NCBI GenBank assembly: GCA_049472315.1 | Contig: JBLIRN010000024.1 | Coordinates: 1 to 43,869, forward strand | Direction of reading: 5' to 3' | DNA: 43,869 nt | Source: a bacterium | GTDB lineage: Bacteria > SZUA-182 > DTGQ01 > JAFGSM01 | Part shown: one piece after another, positions 18,447 to 27,588 of the stretch | How the letters are laid out: each line of letters opens with the position of its first letter | Numbering within the stretch: the stretch's first letter is position 1 | Position numbers and translations under genes: made by a program | Notes under the pieces: generated by a model | The model's input: only the letters and a program-made list of their open reading frames with translations | What the model was told of the DNA's origin: nothing | The model's database searches: none

Positions 18447-18926
18447 CATAAAAATTACTAATGTATCGTCAAAAAAACTGCCGTCCGTTGCATGCCTCCA
18501 TGGATCTTACGGGAATATACTCATTGAAATTACGTATTAAATAGTACATTTCTTAAGGTAAATTCTCGTATTGGAGTATCCCTCCGCTGAATAGGGAGCA
18601 TGCGCATGCACATGTGTCCGATATGCACCTGTTACCGGGCGCCATGGTCGCTCTGCCGCACTCGCACCCGTTCGTACACGTCACCGGGACCTCGCTGATA
18701 GGCGGTGCTCCGAATATAAAAAAGTCGACAAGGCCGCTGTATTCAGGTCAAGGTTATGTACTAACATTGTATTACACTTATATCAATCAGTCGGATTTGT
18801 CAAGGAATCGTCTGCCCTATTTGTATCACATTTTTGCCGATGTCTCACCACCCCGATGTGCCCTCTTGGGGTGTGCCTTGCGCACGGTGTGGCGGCTGAG
18901 GAGGGGCTTTTGGTGAGATCGCGGAG

Positions 18927-19028
18927 CCTTTGGGTAAATGCAAGGGTGGCATAGGGCTTCGCTTCGCTCCGCCCTGACAAAGTTCGGTTTGAGGCTTCGC
19001 TGCGCTTTGCCCTGACAACGGTTGGTTT
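18927..19028 (-). repeat. Dispersed intergenic repeat family, copy 1 (two tandem 38-bp units plus tail)
   Basis: Minus strand AAACCAACCGTTGTCAGGGCAAAGCGCAGCGAAGCCTC / AAACCGAACTTTGTCAGGGCGGAGCGAAGCGAAGCCCT-ATGCCACCCTT. Confidence 0.75.
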
Positions 19029-19217
19029 GCGCCTTGCACCAGGGCGGGATCTTGTATATACTGCCTTTTTTGTCAAAAAGGGGTGAGCAACCGGGCGCAA
19101 TCCCTTGTGCTGTGAAGCCGAAAGGCATGGCGGGTCGCGATTTTCCCGGCGCGATGCGCAAAACGATCATGTATCGTGGTTGAACCAGGTAATAATGCAA
19201 TGGTAAAGAGGATGTAT

Positions 19218-20762
19218 ATGGATAGTATGTCATTGAGAAGGCTCAGGCGGCTCTGTGCGAGTGTCGCCGTACTGGTCGCTCTCTCGTTTATCGTATGTGT
19301 GCGTGCGGGCCTTGCTGCCGGGATCGCCGATCTTGAATCCCGTGTGATCCGCAAACGCCTTGCCAATGGGATGACGGTGCTCATGATGGAACGGCATCAG
19401 ACCCCGGTGTGCTCCTTCTCTATCAGATACAAGGTGGGGATGGTTGACGAGCCGGATGGACGGACCGGCACCGCACATTTGCTCGAGCATCTTATGTTTA
19501 AAGGGACCACCACCATCGGCACCCGGGACTATGGCAGGGAATCCGTGCTGCTTGAGGAAATCAAGGAGGTGGGACAGACCCTGGACCACGAGGTGATGAA
19601 GGGGGAGGAGGGCGATCCGAACCGGGTCTGCCGCCTTTCGGCACGCCTTGCCGACCTTCAGCGTGCCCACAAGGAGTTTGTGGTGAAGGATGAGATGGAC
19701 CGGCTCTATTCCCAAAACGGTGCGGTCGGCTTCAATGCCTCCACGGGTGCCGACGTGACCACCTATACCGTGAGCCTTCCCAGCAACCGGGTGGAGCTGT
19801 GGGCGAGGATCGAATCCGACCGGATGAAGAACCCCGTTTTTCGCGAGTTCTATACGGAGCGAAGCGTGGTCATGGAGGAGCGACGCCAAAGCTACGAGTC
19901 ACAGCCCTTCAGGAAGCTCATGGAGCGATTTCTCGCCACGGCATTCATCGCTCATCCTTACCGGAATCCCATCATCGGCTGGGAATCGGAGCTCAGGTTT
20001 CTGGACCCCGACGACACCATGACATTTTTTCGCCGGCACTATGCACCCAACAATGTTGTGGTGGCCGTGGTCGGAGATATCGATCCCGATCGGTTTATGG
20101 CGCTTATGGAGACCTACTTCGGCGGCATCCCCAGGCAGCCCCCGGTATCCCCCCTTGTCACCAAGGAGCCGGATCAGGATGGTGAGCGCCGGATCGAGGT
20201 GATATTCGATGCGGAGCCGCGTTTGATCGAGGGATATCACAAACCCACGGTTCCTGACCGGGCGGATTACGTCTTCGATATTATTAGCTCCATCCTCACG
20301 GACGGAAGGACATCCAGGCTGTACCAGAGGATGGTGGTGGAGGAGAAGGTGGCGGTGAGTGTGGATGCGGCCAACGGTTGGCCGGGCGCCCGGTACGACA
20401 ATCTCTTCACCCTGTTTGCCACACCGCGTTACCCGCACACCACCGATGATCTCGAACGGATCATCGATGAGGAGCTCGATCGAATCAAGGGTGAACCGGT
20501 CTCGGAGTGGGAGCTTGGAAGAATCAAGAACCAGATACGCGCCGAACTGATCAGGGGCCTTACCTCCAATTCTGGAATGGCCAACAAGTTATCCTATTTC
20601 GAATCGATTTCCGGCGACTGGCGCTATCTGAGCACCTACCTCGACGTGCTTGAAACCATAACCACTCAGGAGATCCAGGAGGCTGCCAGGACCTATCTCA
20701 CCACGACCAATAAAACGGTGGGCGTCCTGGTCAGGGGAGAGGAGGGGGAACCCAAACCATGA
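19218..20762 (+). CDS. M16 (pitrilysin) family metallopeptidase, catalytic subunit
   Basis: Inverted zincin HLLEHLMFKGT, NAST, ERSVVMEERR and HPYRNPIIGW. Signal peptide present. Start is approximate. Confidence 0.95.
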   Translation: MDSMSLRRLRRLCASVAVLVALSFIVCVRAGLAAGIADLESRVIRKRLANGMTVLMMERHQTPVCSFSIRYKVGMVDEPDGRTGTAHLLEHLMFKGTTTIGTRDYGRESVLLEEIKEVGQTLDHEVMKGEEGDPNRVCRLSARLADLQRAHKEFVVKDEMDRLYSQNGAVGFNASTGADVTTYTVSLPSNRVELWARIESDRMKNPVFREFYTERSVVMEERRQSYESQPFRKLMERFLATAFIAHPYRNPIIGWESELRFLDPDDTMTFFRRHYAPNNVVVAVVGDIDPDRFMALMETYFGGIPRQPPVSPLVTKEPDQDGERRIEVIFDAEPRLIEGYHKPTVPDRADYVFDIISSILTDGRTSRLYQRMVVEEKVAVSVDAANGWPGARYDNLFTLFATPRYPHTTDDLERIIDEELDRIKGEPVSEWELGRIKNQIRAELIRGLTSNSGMANKLSYFESISGDWRYLSTYLDVLETITTQEIQEAARTYLTTTNKTVGVLVRGEEGEPKP

Positions 20763-22216
20763 AACCCGCATCGCCGCAAAGAGGCAGGGTAGGGGCCTTC
20801 CTTGCTATTGCCGTAAGCATCGCCATCGCAGGCATGCTTGTGCACGGCTGCACACCCATGCATACCGCAGGCCTTTACAGGGATCCATCCCGTCTTTCCT
20901 TTCCCTCCATCACGTTTTCACCCCCCGAACCCGAGCGGGTGGTGCTCCCCAACGGTATGGTGCTCTACCTCATGGAGGATCATGAGGTACCGCTGATCAC
21001 CATTCATGCCATCATTCGCACCGGGGGGATATTCGAGCCGGCGGATAAGGTGGGGCTTGCCCAGATCACGGGGGAGGTGATGCGGACAGGCGGGACTGCG
21101 GCCATGGGTCCGGAGGAGCTTGACAGGACATTGGAGTATATGGGGGCCATCCTGGAGACCAGTATCGGCACGGAATCGGGGGGCGCCAGCCTCTCGGTGC
21201 TGACCAAGGACCTGGAGCAGGGGCTCGACCTCTTTTCCCAGGTGCTCCGCAGCCCTGCATTTGCTCCGGAGAAGGTCGATCTGGCAAGGCTTGCGATGAT
21301 CGAGTCCATTCGGCGCCAGAACGACGATCCCCTTGCGATTGCCTCCCGGGAATTCAAGCGACAGGTATACACCGATGATCCCAGGGGGAGAGTGAAGACC
21401 ATCGAAGGGGTCGAGCGCATGACCAGGGAGGACCTGATCGCGTTCCACCGGTCCTTCTTTTTTCCGGAGAATATCCTTATGGGCGTCGCAGGGGACTTTG
21501 AACGGGATCGGATGCTGGAGGCGATATCGAAGATTTTCGGGGATTGGGAGCAAGGGTCTCGCCCCATCCCCCCGTACCCTGTTCCGAAAAATGATACGGA
21601 GCGGGCGGTGGTGTATGCCCCGCGCCCCCTCCCGCAGTCAACCATACTGATGGGGCACCTGTGCTGCCCGAAGAATGACCCCGATTTTTTCCCCATGGTG
21701 GTGCTCAACGATATCCTGGGGGAAGGGTTTAATTCCCGGCTCATGAGGGAGATCCGATCAAACCAGGGGCTCGCTTACAGTGTGGGGAGTTTCTATCGCG
21801 GGGACATCGACTACGGGGTCTTCGGCGCCTATGCCATGACGAAATCCGAGACCACCGGGAAGGTCATCGGCTTGATGCGGGACGAGATCGGCCGGCTCGT
21901 CGAGGAGGGGGTCACCCCGGAGGAACTCGACCTGGCGAAGGATTCCATCATCAATAATCATATCTTCTCATTCTCCTCGACCGCCGGATTGGTGAAGCAG
22001 GCAATGGCACTGGAATATGATCACCTGTCCGGGGATTACTTCGAGGGATACCCCGAACGGATTGCCGCGGTAAGCATGGAAGACATCCGCAGGGTTGCCC
22101 TGCGCTACCTGAAGCCTGCGGATGCGGTCATCGTGGTGGTAGGGAACCGGGAGGGATTTGACATCCCGATCGAGCAATTCGGCCCGGTGAAGGAGGCCGA
22201 TCTCACCATCCGTTAG
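20759..22216 (+). CDS. M16 family peptidase, non-catalytic partner lipoprotein
   Basis: ATGA overlap with the previous gene. Lipobox-like LVHGC and SRLMREIRSNQGLAYSV. No HXXEH. Confidence 0.92.
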   Translation: MKPASPQRGRVGAFLAIAVSIAIAGMLVHGCTPMHTAGLYRDPSRLSFPSITFSPPEPERVVLPNGMVLYLMEDHEVPLITIHAIIRTGGIFEPADKVGLAQITGEVMRTGGTAAMGPEELDRTLEYMGAILETSIGTESGGASLSVLTKDLEQGLDLFSQVLRSPAFAPEKVDLARLAMIESIRRQNDDPLAIASREFKRQVYTDDPRGRVKTIEGVERMTREDLIAFHRSFFFPENILMGVAGDFERDRMLEAISKIFGDWEQGSRPIPPYPVPKNDTERAVVYAPRPLPQSTILMGHLCCPKNDPDFFPMVVLNDILGEGFNSRLMREIRSNQGLAYSVGSFYRGDIDYGVFGAYAMTKSETTGKVIGLMRDEIGRLVEEGVTPEELDLAKDSIINNHIFSFSSTAGLVKQAMALEYDHLSGDYFEGYPERIAAVSMEDIRRVALRYLKPADAVIVVVGNREGFDIPIEQFGPVKEADLTIR

Positions 22217-22489
22217 GCTGCGTTTGCCCTGCGTGAACACTCAAATTTTCCCTATGAAAATGCCCAATGTTGTGATCAAGGATCATGGGGTACAGCAAAA
22301 ATCCCCTTGTCCTCTGTGCGCCTTGTGGCAAATCCATAATGCCTCCGCCACAGTGACCATCCGGCAGATGGTGACGCCGATCCTTCGCTGTGGGCGAAAG
22401 ACCAAGGGTGTTGTTTCTATGGAGCATACCGGTGACATGTCTGCCATGCTGCTGCCTAATCATGCACAATGAGAATTGCCGCCGTGATC

Positions 22490-22518
22490 TTGACACCTAT
22501 ATCCCTTTTATCTATAAT
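22490..22518 (+). promoter_or_regulatory. Consensus sigma70 promoter of the cytochrome c3 gene
   Basis: TTGACA-N17-TATAAT, a perfect match. Confidence 0.85.
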
Positions 22519-22591
22519 TCAATAGTGAAAGTATTGTTCAGGAAGGACGAGTGTTGATTCAGTTTAACCTGCTTGAAAGGAGGGGTAAGGG

Positions 22592-23029
22592 TTGAAGAAG
22601 TCCTTTTGGATTGTCGTAATGGTTCTCATCCTCATCTGCGTTGGTTCGATGGTTCTTCAGGCTGGCGGACCGAAGGTTGCCGATGATTTCAAGATCAATT
22701 CCGATGCCAAATTCTTCGGCGGTGCGAAGAAGAAGGCTCCACCGGCATTCGAGGCGGTTCCCCTCAGCCATAAGAAACACGCGGATATGTATGGCTGCAA
22801 GATATGTCATCATAAGGAGATGGCGAGCGATGAACCCGCTGAGCAGGCCAAGGCCAAGAAGTGCAGCAGTGAAGGCTGCCACGGAGCAGAGGCCAATGGC
22901 GAGGCCCTGGATCTTGAGAATGCCATGCATAAGCAGTGCTACAAGGATTGTCACAAGAACGATGCAAAGGCCAAGGAAGCCAAAGCCCCGTTTAAGTGCG
23001 GAGACTGTCATAAGAAGGCCGACAAGTAA
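22592..23029 (+). CDS. Tetraheme class III cytochrome c (cytochrome c3 family)
   Basis: RBS GAAAGGAGG and TTG start. Signal peptide, VPLSHKKH, CKICHH, CSSEGCH, AMHKQCYKDCH and CGDCH. Confidence 0.93.
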   Translation: MKKSFWIVVMVLILICVGSMVLQAGGPKVADDFKINSDAKFFGGAKKKAPPAFEAVPLSHKKHADMYGCKICHHKEMASDEPAEQAKAKKCSSEGCHGAEANGEALDLENAMHKQCYKDCHKNDAKAKEAKAPFKCGDCHKKADK

Positions 23030-23075
23030 AGGATCTTTGTAAGAGAGTCGTTTCTTCATAAACGTGAGACAATGC

Positions 23076-23106
23076 AAAGGGGGCAGCCTCAAGCTGCCCC
23101 CTTTTT
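23076..23106 (+). terminator. Rho-independent terminator after cytochrome c3
   Basis: AAAGGGGGCAGC-ctcaa-GCTGCCCCC-TTTTT. Confidence 0.85.
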
Positions 23107-23112
23107 CTATCA

Positions 23113-24222
23113 ATGGAAGCCATGACGAGGATCTTTGACCGCTACATACTGCGGGAATTCATCCCTCCGTTTTTCGGCGGGCTGCTTGTATTCTGCTTCA
23201 TCCTTATGATGGATAAGGTGCTGAGGCTGACGGACCTCATCGTAATGAAGGGGATGAGCCTGCGCGCCGTCGGCATACTCCTTATGTACCTCATTCCGCC
23301 CCTGATTGCATTCACCCTTCCGATAGCAATCCTCTTTGCCTCCCTGATGAGCTTCGGCCGAATGGCGTCGGACAACGAGATCACCGCACTTCGCAGTTGC
23401 GGCAAGCATCCCGTCCGGATCATCATCCCCGCCATCGTGTTCGGTGTGCTCGCCACGGGATTGTGCCTCTGGCTGGAGATTGCGGTCATCCCTTTCGTCA
23501 ACCGGTCCGTTAAGGATACGATGACGGGATTGCAGGAACAGAAGGCATTCCTCTCCATTACCGAGCGGAGCTTTCAGAACATCGGCAAAGACATGGTGAT
23601 GTATGTCCACAAGGGAAAGGGGAGGGATGGGCAGGTCTACCAGGGGATACTGATCACCGACCATTCGATGCACGGCCATTCCCGGGTCATCGCGGCCAGG
23701 GAGGGCGATATCGTAATGGATGAATCCGCCGGCACCGCGGTCTTTTCACTTAGCGACGGGAGCATCCACCGGCTGGAGAGGGAAGGGGAGGGTGGCTACC
23801 AGGTGCTGCGTTTCGGCACCTACGAGAACGTCCTCAGCCTCGAGGGGCCCTCGGTGCTCCGCAGGGGGAAGAAAAAAAGCAAGGAGCTTTCGCTCCGGGA
23901 GATCGGCGAGATGCTCGGATCGGATTCGCTTGATTTTAAGGAGGAGATCGGACTGATGCTCGAATGGCACAGAAGATTTGCGTTCCCCCTTGCCTGTATT
24001 ATCTTCGCGTTCATTGGCTCGCTCATAGGGATGGAGAGTCGATGGTCCGGCAGAAGCTCGAGCTTCGCCGTGTCCATCGTGGTGATCATTGCATACTACC
24101 TGCTTCTGACCGCCGGCTCAAGGCTTAGTACCGCCGGGTATCTTCCCCCCTGGATCGCCGCATGGCTCCCCAATATCACCTTCGCGGCAACAGGGGTGGG
24201 ACTGTTCAGGGGGGTATTCTGA
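23113..24222 (+). CDS. lptF: LPS export ABC transporter permease LptF
   Basis: IFDRYILREF, GRMASDNEITALRSCG, EWHRRFAFPLAC and AAWLPN. Confidence 0.92.
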   Translation: MEAMTRIFDRYILREFIPPFFGGLLVFCFILMMDKVLRLTDLIVMKGMSLRAVGILLMYLIPPLIAFTLPIAILFASLMSFGRMASDNEITALRSCGKHPVRIIIPAIVFGVLATGLCLWLEIAVIPFVNRSVKDTMTGLQEQKAFLSITERSFQNIGKDMVMYVHKGKGRDGQVYQGILITDHSMHGHSRVIAAREGDIVMDESAGTAVFSLSDGSIHRLEREGEGGYQVLRFGTYENVLSLEGPSVLRRGKKKSKELSLREIGEMLGSDSLDFKEEIGLMLEWHRRFAFPLACIIFAFIGSLIGMESRWSGRSSSFAVSIVVIIAYYLLLTAGSRLSTAGYLPPWIAAWLPNITFAATGVGLFRGVF

Positions 24223-25316
24223 TGGGATACCGGCCCCTGTGCCCCGGAATACTGACTGCATACGTGGGAAAAAGGTTCGCTTCCCGGCTCTCGCTCTGCC
24301 TGGCGGGTTTGACCTCCATTTATATGCTGGTGGAGTTCTTCGAACGGGTGGACAATCTCATGGCCCAGCAGCTTTCCTTCTGGATTATGGCCCGGTATCT
24401 TGCGCTTCGTCTTCCCCAGATCCTTTTTCAGATCCTGCCTGTGGCGGTGTTGATGGCCATCCTCCTGACCCTGGGCGGAATGGCTCGGGATGGGGAATTG
24501 ACCGCCATGCTGTCGGGAGGGATCAACCTGTTTCAAATCATCCTCCCGCTCCTCTGCCTCTGCCTGGGGCTCAGCCTCTGTACCGGGGTGTACCAGGAGT
24601 ATCTGTCGCCGATGCTGGTCCAGGAATCCTCGGCGTTACTCGACCAGATCAAGGGTGAGAAGCCCAGGACAAAACTCCTCCAGGGGAGGATCTGGCTTGC
24701 CGGTAAACAGGGGCGCTTTTTCCACCTTCAGGTCGTGGATGAGGAACAACAATGCCTTGCAGGGGTAACCGTTTTCGAGGTGGACGAGGGCTTTCATCTG
24801 ACCCGGCGATGGGATCTGGAGGAGTGCTGTTACCACAACGGCTTCTGGCACCTGCGCAACGGCGAGGTATGGAGCTTTGACCAGGGAATACCGGAGGTGC
24901 AAACGATCTCACAGAAGGTGGTGGCATGGCCGGAGGAATTCGAGGATTTTTCCCGGCTCAAAAAGGACCCCGCCGAAATGGGGTATGGCGAATTGAAGCA
25001 GTACATCATGAGACTCCGGGAATGGGGGTATGACACCGCAGTCCAAATGACCGATCTATATTTTAAATGGGCCTTTCCCCTGGCCTGTTTCATCTTCGGG
25101 CTTCTTGGCGTCCCCTTTGCAACCCGGTTACACCGGGGGGTACGGTACATCAGCCTGGGCCTCGCCCTGGGGGTGGCCTTTGTGTACTGGATAATCATGT
25201 ATATCGGTGTTTCCATGGCCCATGCAGGGATCATCCCCCCCCTTGCCGGGGCCTGGGCAGGGAATGCCCTCTTCGGCTTCCTGGGGATGGTCCTTCTTTC
25301 GAGGGTCAGGACATGA
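24222..25316 (+). CDS. lptG: LPS export ABC transporter permease LptG
   Basis: TGATG coupling to lptF. MARDGELTAMLSGGI, PAEMGYGEL, KWAFPLAC and GAWAGN. Confidence 0.9.
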   Translation: MGYRPLCPGILTAYVGKRFASRLSLCLAGLTSIYMLVEFFERVDNLMAQQLSFWIMARYLALRLPQILFQILPVAVLMAILLTLGGMARDGELTAMLSGGINLFQIILPLLCLCLGLSLCTGVYQEYLSPMLVQESSALLDQIKGEKPRTKLLQGRIWLAGKQGRFFHLQVVDEEQQCLAGVTVFEVDEGFHLTRRWDLEECCYHNGFWHLRNGEVWSFDQGIPEVQTISQKVVAWPEEFEDFSRLKKDPAEMGYGELKQYIMRLREWGYDTAVQMTDLYFKWAFPLACFIFGLLGVPFATRLHRGVRYISLGLALGVAFVYWIIMYIGVSMAHAGIIPPLAGAWAGNALFGFLGMVLLSRVRT

Positions 25317-25408
25317 TGTATCGTGGTTAAAGTCAACTCCTTGAAATGACGATAAGAACAATAGACGGTGCAGACCGTTTATGCGATCTCCTTGGGCACT
25401 CCCTTTTC

Positions 25409-25437
25409 TTGACAACGAATGGGGAGGGTGTTAATAT
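25409..25437 (+). promoter_or_regulatory. Putative sigma70 promoter of the LysM lipoprotein gene
   Basis: TTGACA-N17-TAATAT with extended TG. Confidence 0.65.
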
Positions 25438-25490
25438 CCAAACACAAATCAGTGCAAAAGGGGAATTTTAATCGAAAGGGGGTCGAAACC

Positions 25491-26324
25491 GTGGGCCGTT
25501 TCAAATCAGTTGCAGTTCTTTGTGTATGTGGTGTTGCCATGTGTGTGATGTTCCTTTCCTATGGCTGTACACCTCCGCCTACAAAGGAGATTGCCGATGC
25601 AGAGGCCGCCCTTGCGGCTGCGAGGGAGGCAGGGGCTGAAAGATACGCAGCCCAGGAGTATGAAAGCGCCGAGTCGAAGCTTGAGGAGGCACGTCAAAAG
25701 AATGAGGCGAGGTGCTACGGGGATGCAAAAAACCTGGCCATCGAGGCAAGGGATAGGGCGCTTATTGCCAAGAGCATTGCAGAAGAGGAACTGATGAAAC
25801 TACGGGAACAGGCCTCCGCTGCGCTTAAAAATGCAAAGGACGCGCTTATGGCGGCAAAGATGGCAGGGGCGGAGACCCATGATCCCCAGGGGTATCGCAA
25901 TGTGGAGGCATTATACGGAGAGGCGGATACCGCATATATCGGGGGCCAGTATCCTATCGCCATTGAGAAGGCAGATGAGGTGGCGAAGAGGGCCCGCAGG
26001 CTCGAGCTTGCAGCCAAACGCGCAGCAGAGATCGAACCGCCAAAGGTGGTGGAGCAACCCAGGGTGCCTGAAAAAACCGACGGGAGCCATATCGTCCAAA
26101 AAGGGGAATGCCTCTGGATCATTTCGGATTACGATGTCGTGTATGCAGACCCCTTTAAATGGCCGTTGATTTACCGTGCAAATCGCTCACAGATCAAGGA
26201 CCCTGATTTGATCTATCCCGGCCAGAGCTTCAAAATACCGAGAAACTATAGCCCCGGAGAGGCTGAAGATGCCGTTTATACGGCCAAACACCGGGGGCCA
26301 TGGTCTCTCTTTGACGGTAAATAG
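25491..26324 (+). CDS. DUF4398/LysM-domain lipoprotein
   Basis: RBS GAAAGGGGG and GTG start. Lipobox SYGC, two A..AGA..YA-type helical repeats and LysM HIVQKGECLWIIS..WPLIYRANRSQIKDPDLIYPGQ. Confidence 0.9.
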   Translation: MGRFKSVAVLCVCGVAMCVMFLSYGCTPPPTKEIADAEAALAAAREAGAERYAAQEYESAESKLEEARQKNEARCYGDAKNLAIEARDRALIAKSIAEEELMKLREQASAALKNAKDALMAAKMAGAETHDPQGYRNVEALYGEADTAYIGGQYPIAIEKADEVAKRARRLELAAKRAAEIEPPKVVEQPRVPEKTDGSHIVQKGECLWIISDYDVVYADPFKWPLIYRANRSQIKDPDLIYPGQSFKIPRNYSPGEAEDAVYTAKHRGPWSLFDGK

Positions 26325-26397
26325 GCCCGTCCCCTGGTGGCATGGAGAAATTGGCCACAACATCGATTTCGCACAGAAAAGACAAGAAGCATTTGTT

Positions 26398-26439
26398 AAA
26401 GACCCCTGTTCCTCTTCGAGAAATCAGGGGTCTTTTTTT
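26398..26439 (+). terminator. Rho-independent terminator
   Basis: AAAGACCCCTG..CAGGGGTC-TTTTTTT. Confidence 0.85.
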
Positions 26440-26592
26440 GATGGGCACATGATGCCCGGCATGCGGGTTTGACTGCTGGATGTAACCGGCGGCAGGCGCC
26501 GTGGACGGGCAATCAATTATTCACCGAAGGGTATAGAGTATGCGTTCACCGGAGAGTCGTAAGCAGTCATTTTATGTTTAGGAAAAACAGCG

Positions 26593-27588
26593 ATTTCTGG
26601 ATCAAAGGACATAGCGAATAACCGATCCTGCACGTTCGACCTTGCGGCAATCGAGAGCATCCCTGCGTTTCTGGGCCATCAGGACAGGAATATCAGGGTG
26701 ATCGAGGGATTGTACCATGTCAGGATATCCACCCGGGGGAACGAACTCCATGTGCAGGGCCCGTCCGCCAACGTGGAGAGGGCGGCACTGGTGGTGGAGA
26801 AGCTGCTTTCACTGGCCAATCTTGGGTATGTGGTCAGGGAGGAGGATATCAGATTCGTCGATAGGCTGGTCAAGCAGGATCCGGCGGTGGATCTGAAGGA
26901 GATTTTCCTGGATCGTATTGAAGTACCCGGGCATAAGAGGATCATCAGGCCGAAGAGCAAGGTGCAAAAGCTCTATATTGACGCCATGCGTACCTTCGAC
27001 ATCGTATTCGGCATAGGCCCGGCCGGAACGGGTAAGACCTATCTTGCAATGGCCATGGCGGTGTCCGCCTACATCGAAAAGCAGGTCACCAGAATCGTCC
27101 TGACCAGACCCGCGGTTGAGGCGGGTGAGCGCCTGGGATACCTGCCGGGTGATCTGTACGAGAAGGTGAATCCCTATCTTCGCCCCTTGTACGATGCGCT
27201 CTATGACATGATGGATCCGGACAGGGCAAAGCGATTGATAGAGCGGGATACCATAGAGATCGCCCCGCTCGCCTATATGCGCGGCCGGACACTCAACGAT
27301 GCATTTGTCATACTGGATGAGGCACAGAATACCACGTCCGAGCAGATGATGATGTTCCTGACCCGGCTGGGATTCGGCTCCAAGGCGGTGGTCACCGGCG
27401 ATATCACCCAGATCGATCTTCCTCCTGAGCGGGTATCGGGACTGGTAGAGGTCCAGTCAATCCTGGGGAGGATCGAGGGAATCAAGTTCGTGTATTTCTC
27501 GGAGCTGGATGTGGTGCGCCATAATCTTGTCCAGCAGATAGTGAAGGCCTATGAGGAATATCACAAGTCCCAGCCTTCCAAAGGATGA
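26593..27588 (+). CDS. phoH: PhoH family ATPase (YbeZ-type)
   Basis: GPAGTGKT, LTRPAVEAGE, YMRGRTL, DEAQN and GDITQIDL. Homology extends upstream of GTG 26698, so the start is probably non-canonical (ATT 26593 or ATA 26611). Confidence 0.93.
   Translation: MSGSKDIANNRSCTFDLAAIESIPAFLGHQDRNIRVIEGLYHVRISTRGNELHVQGPSANVERAALVVEKLLSLANLGYVVREEDIRFVDRLVKQDPAVDLKEIFLDRIEVPGHKRIIRPKSKVQKLYIDAMRTFDIVFGIGPAGTGKTYLAMAMAVSAYIEKQVTRIVLTRPAVEAGERLGYLPGDLYEKVNPYLRPLYDALYDMMDPDRAKRLIERDTIEIAPLAYMRGRTLNDAFVILDEAQNTTSEQMMMFLTRLGFGSKAVVTGDITQIDLPPERVSGLVEVQSILGRIEGIKFVYFSELDVVRHNLVQQIVKAYEEYHKSQPSKG

Noticed and set aside
18600..18705. SAM-I riboswitch upstream of sbp
   Set aside because: Partial words (CCCGGTAAC, AGGTGC) are present, but the P1 pairing and the kink-turn/pseudoknot elements are missing.
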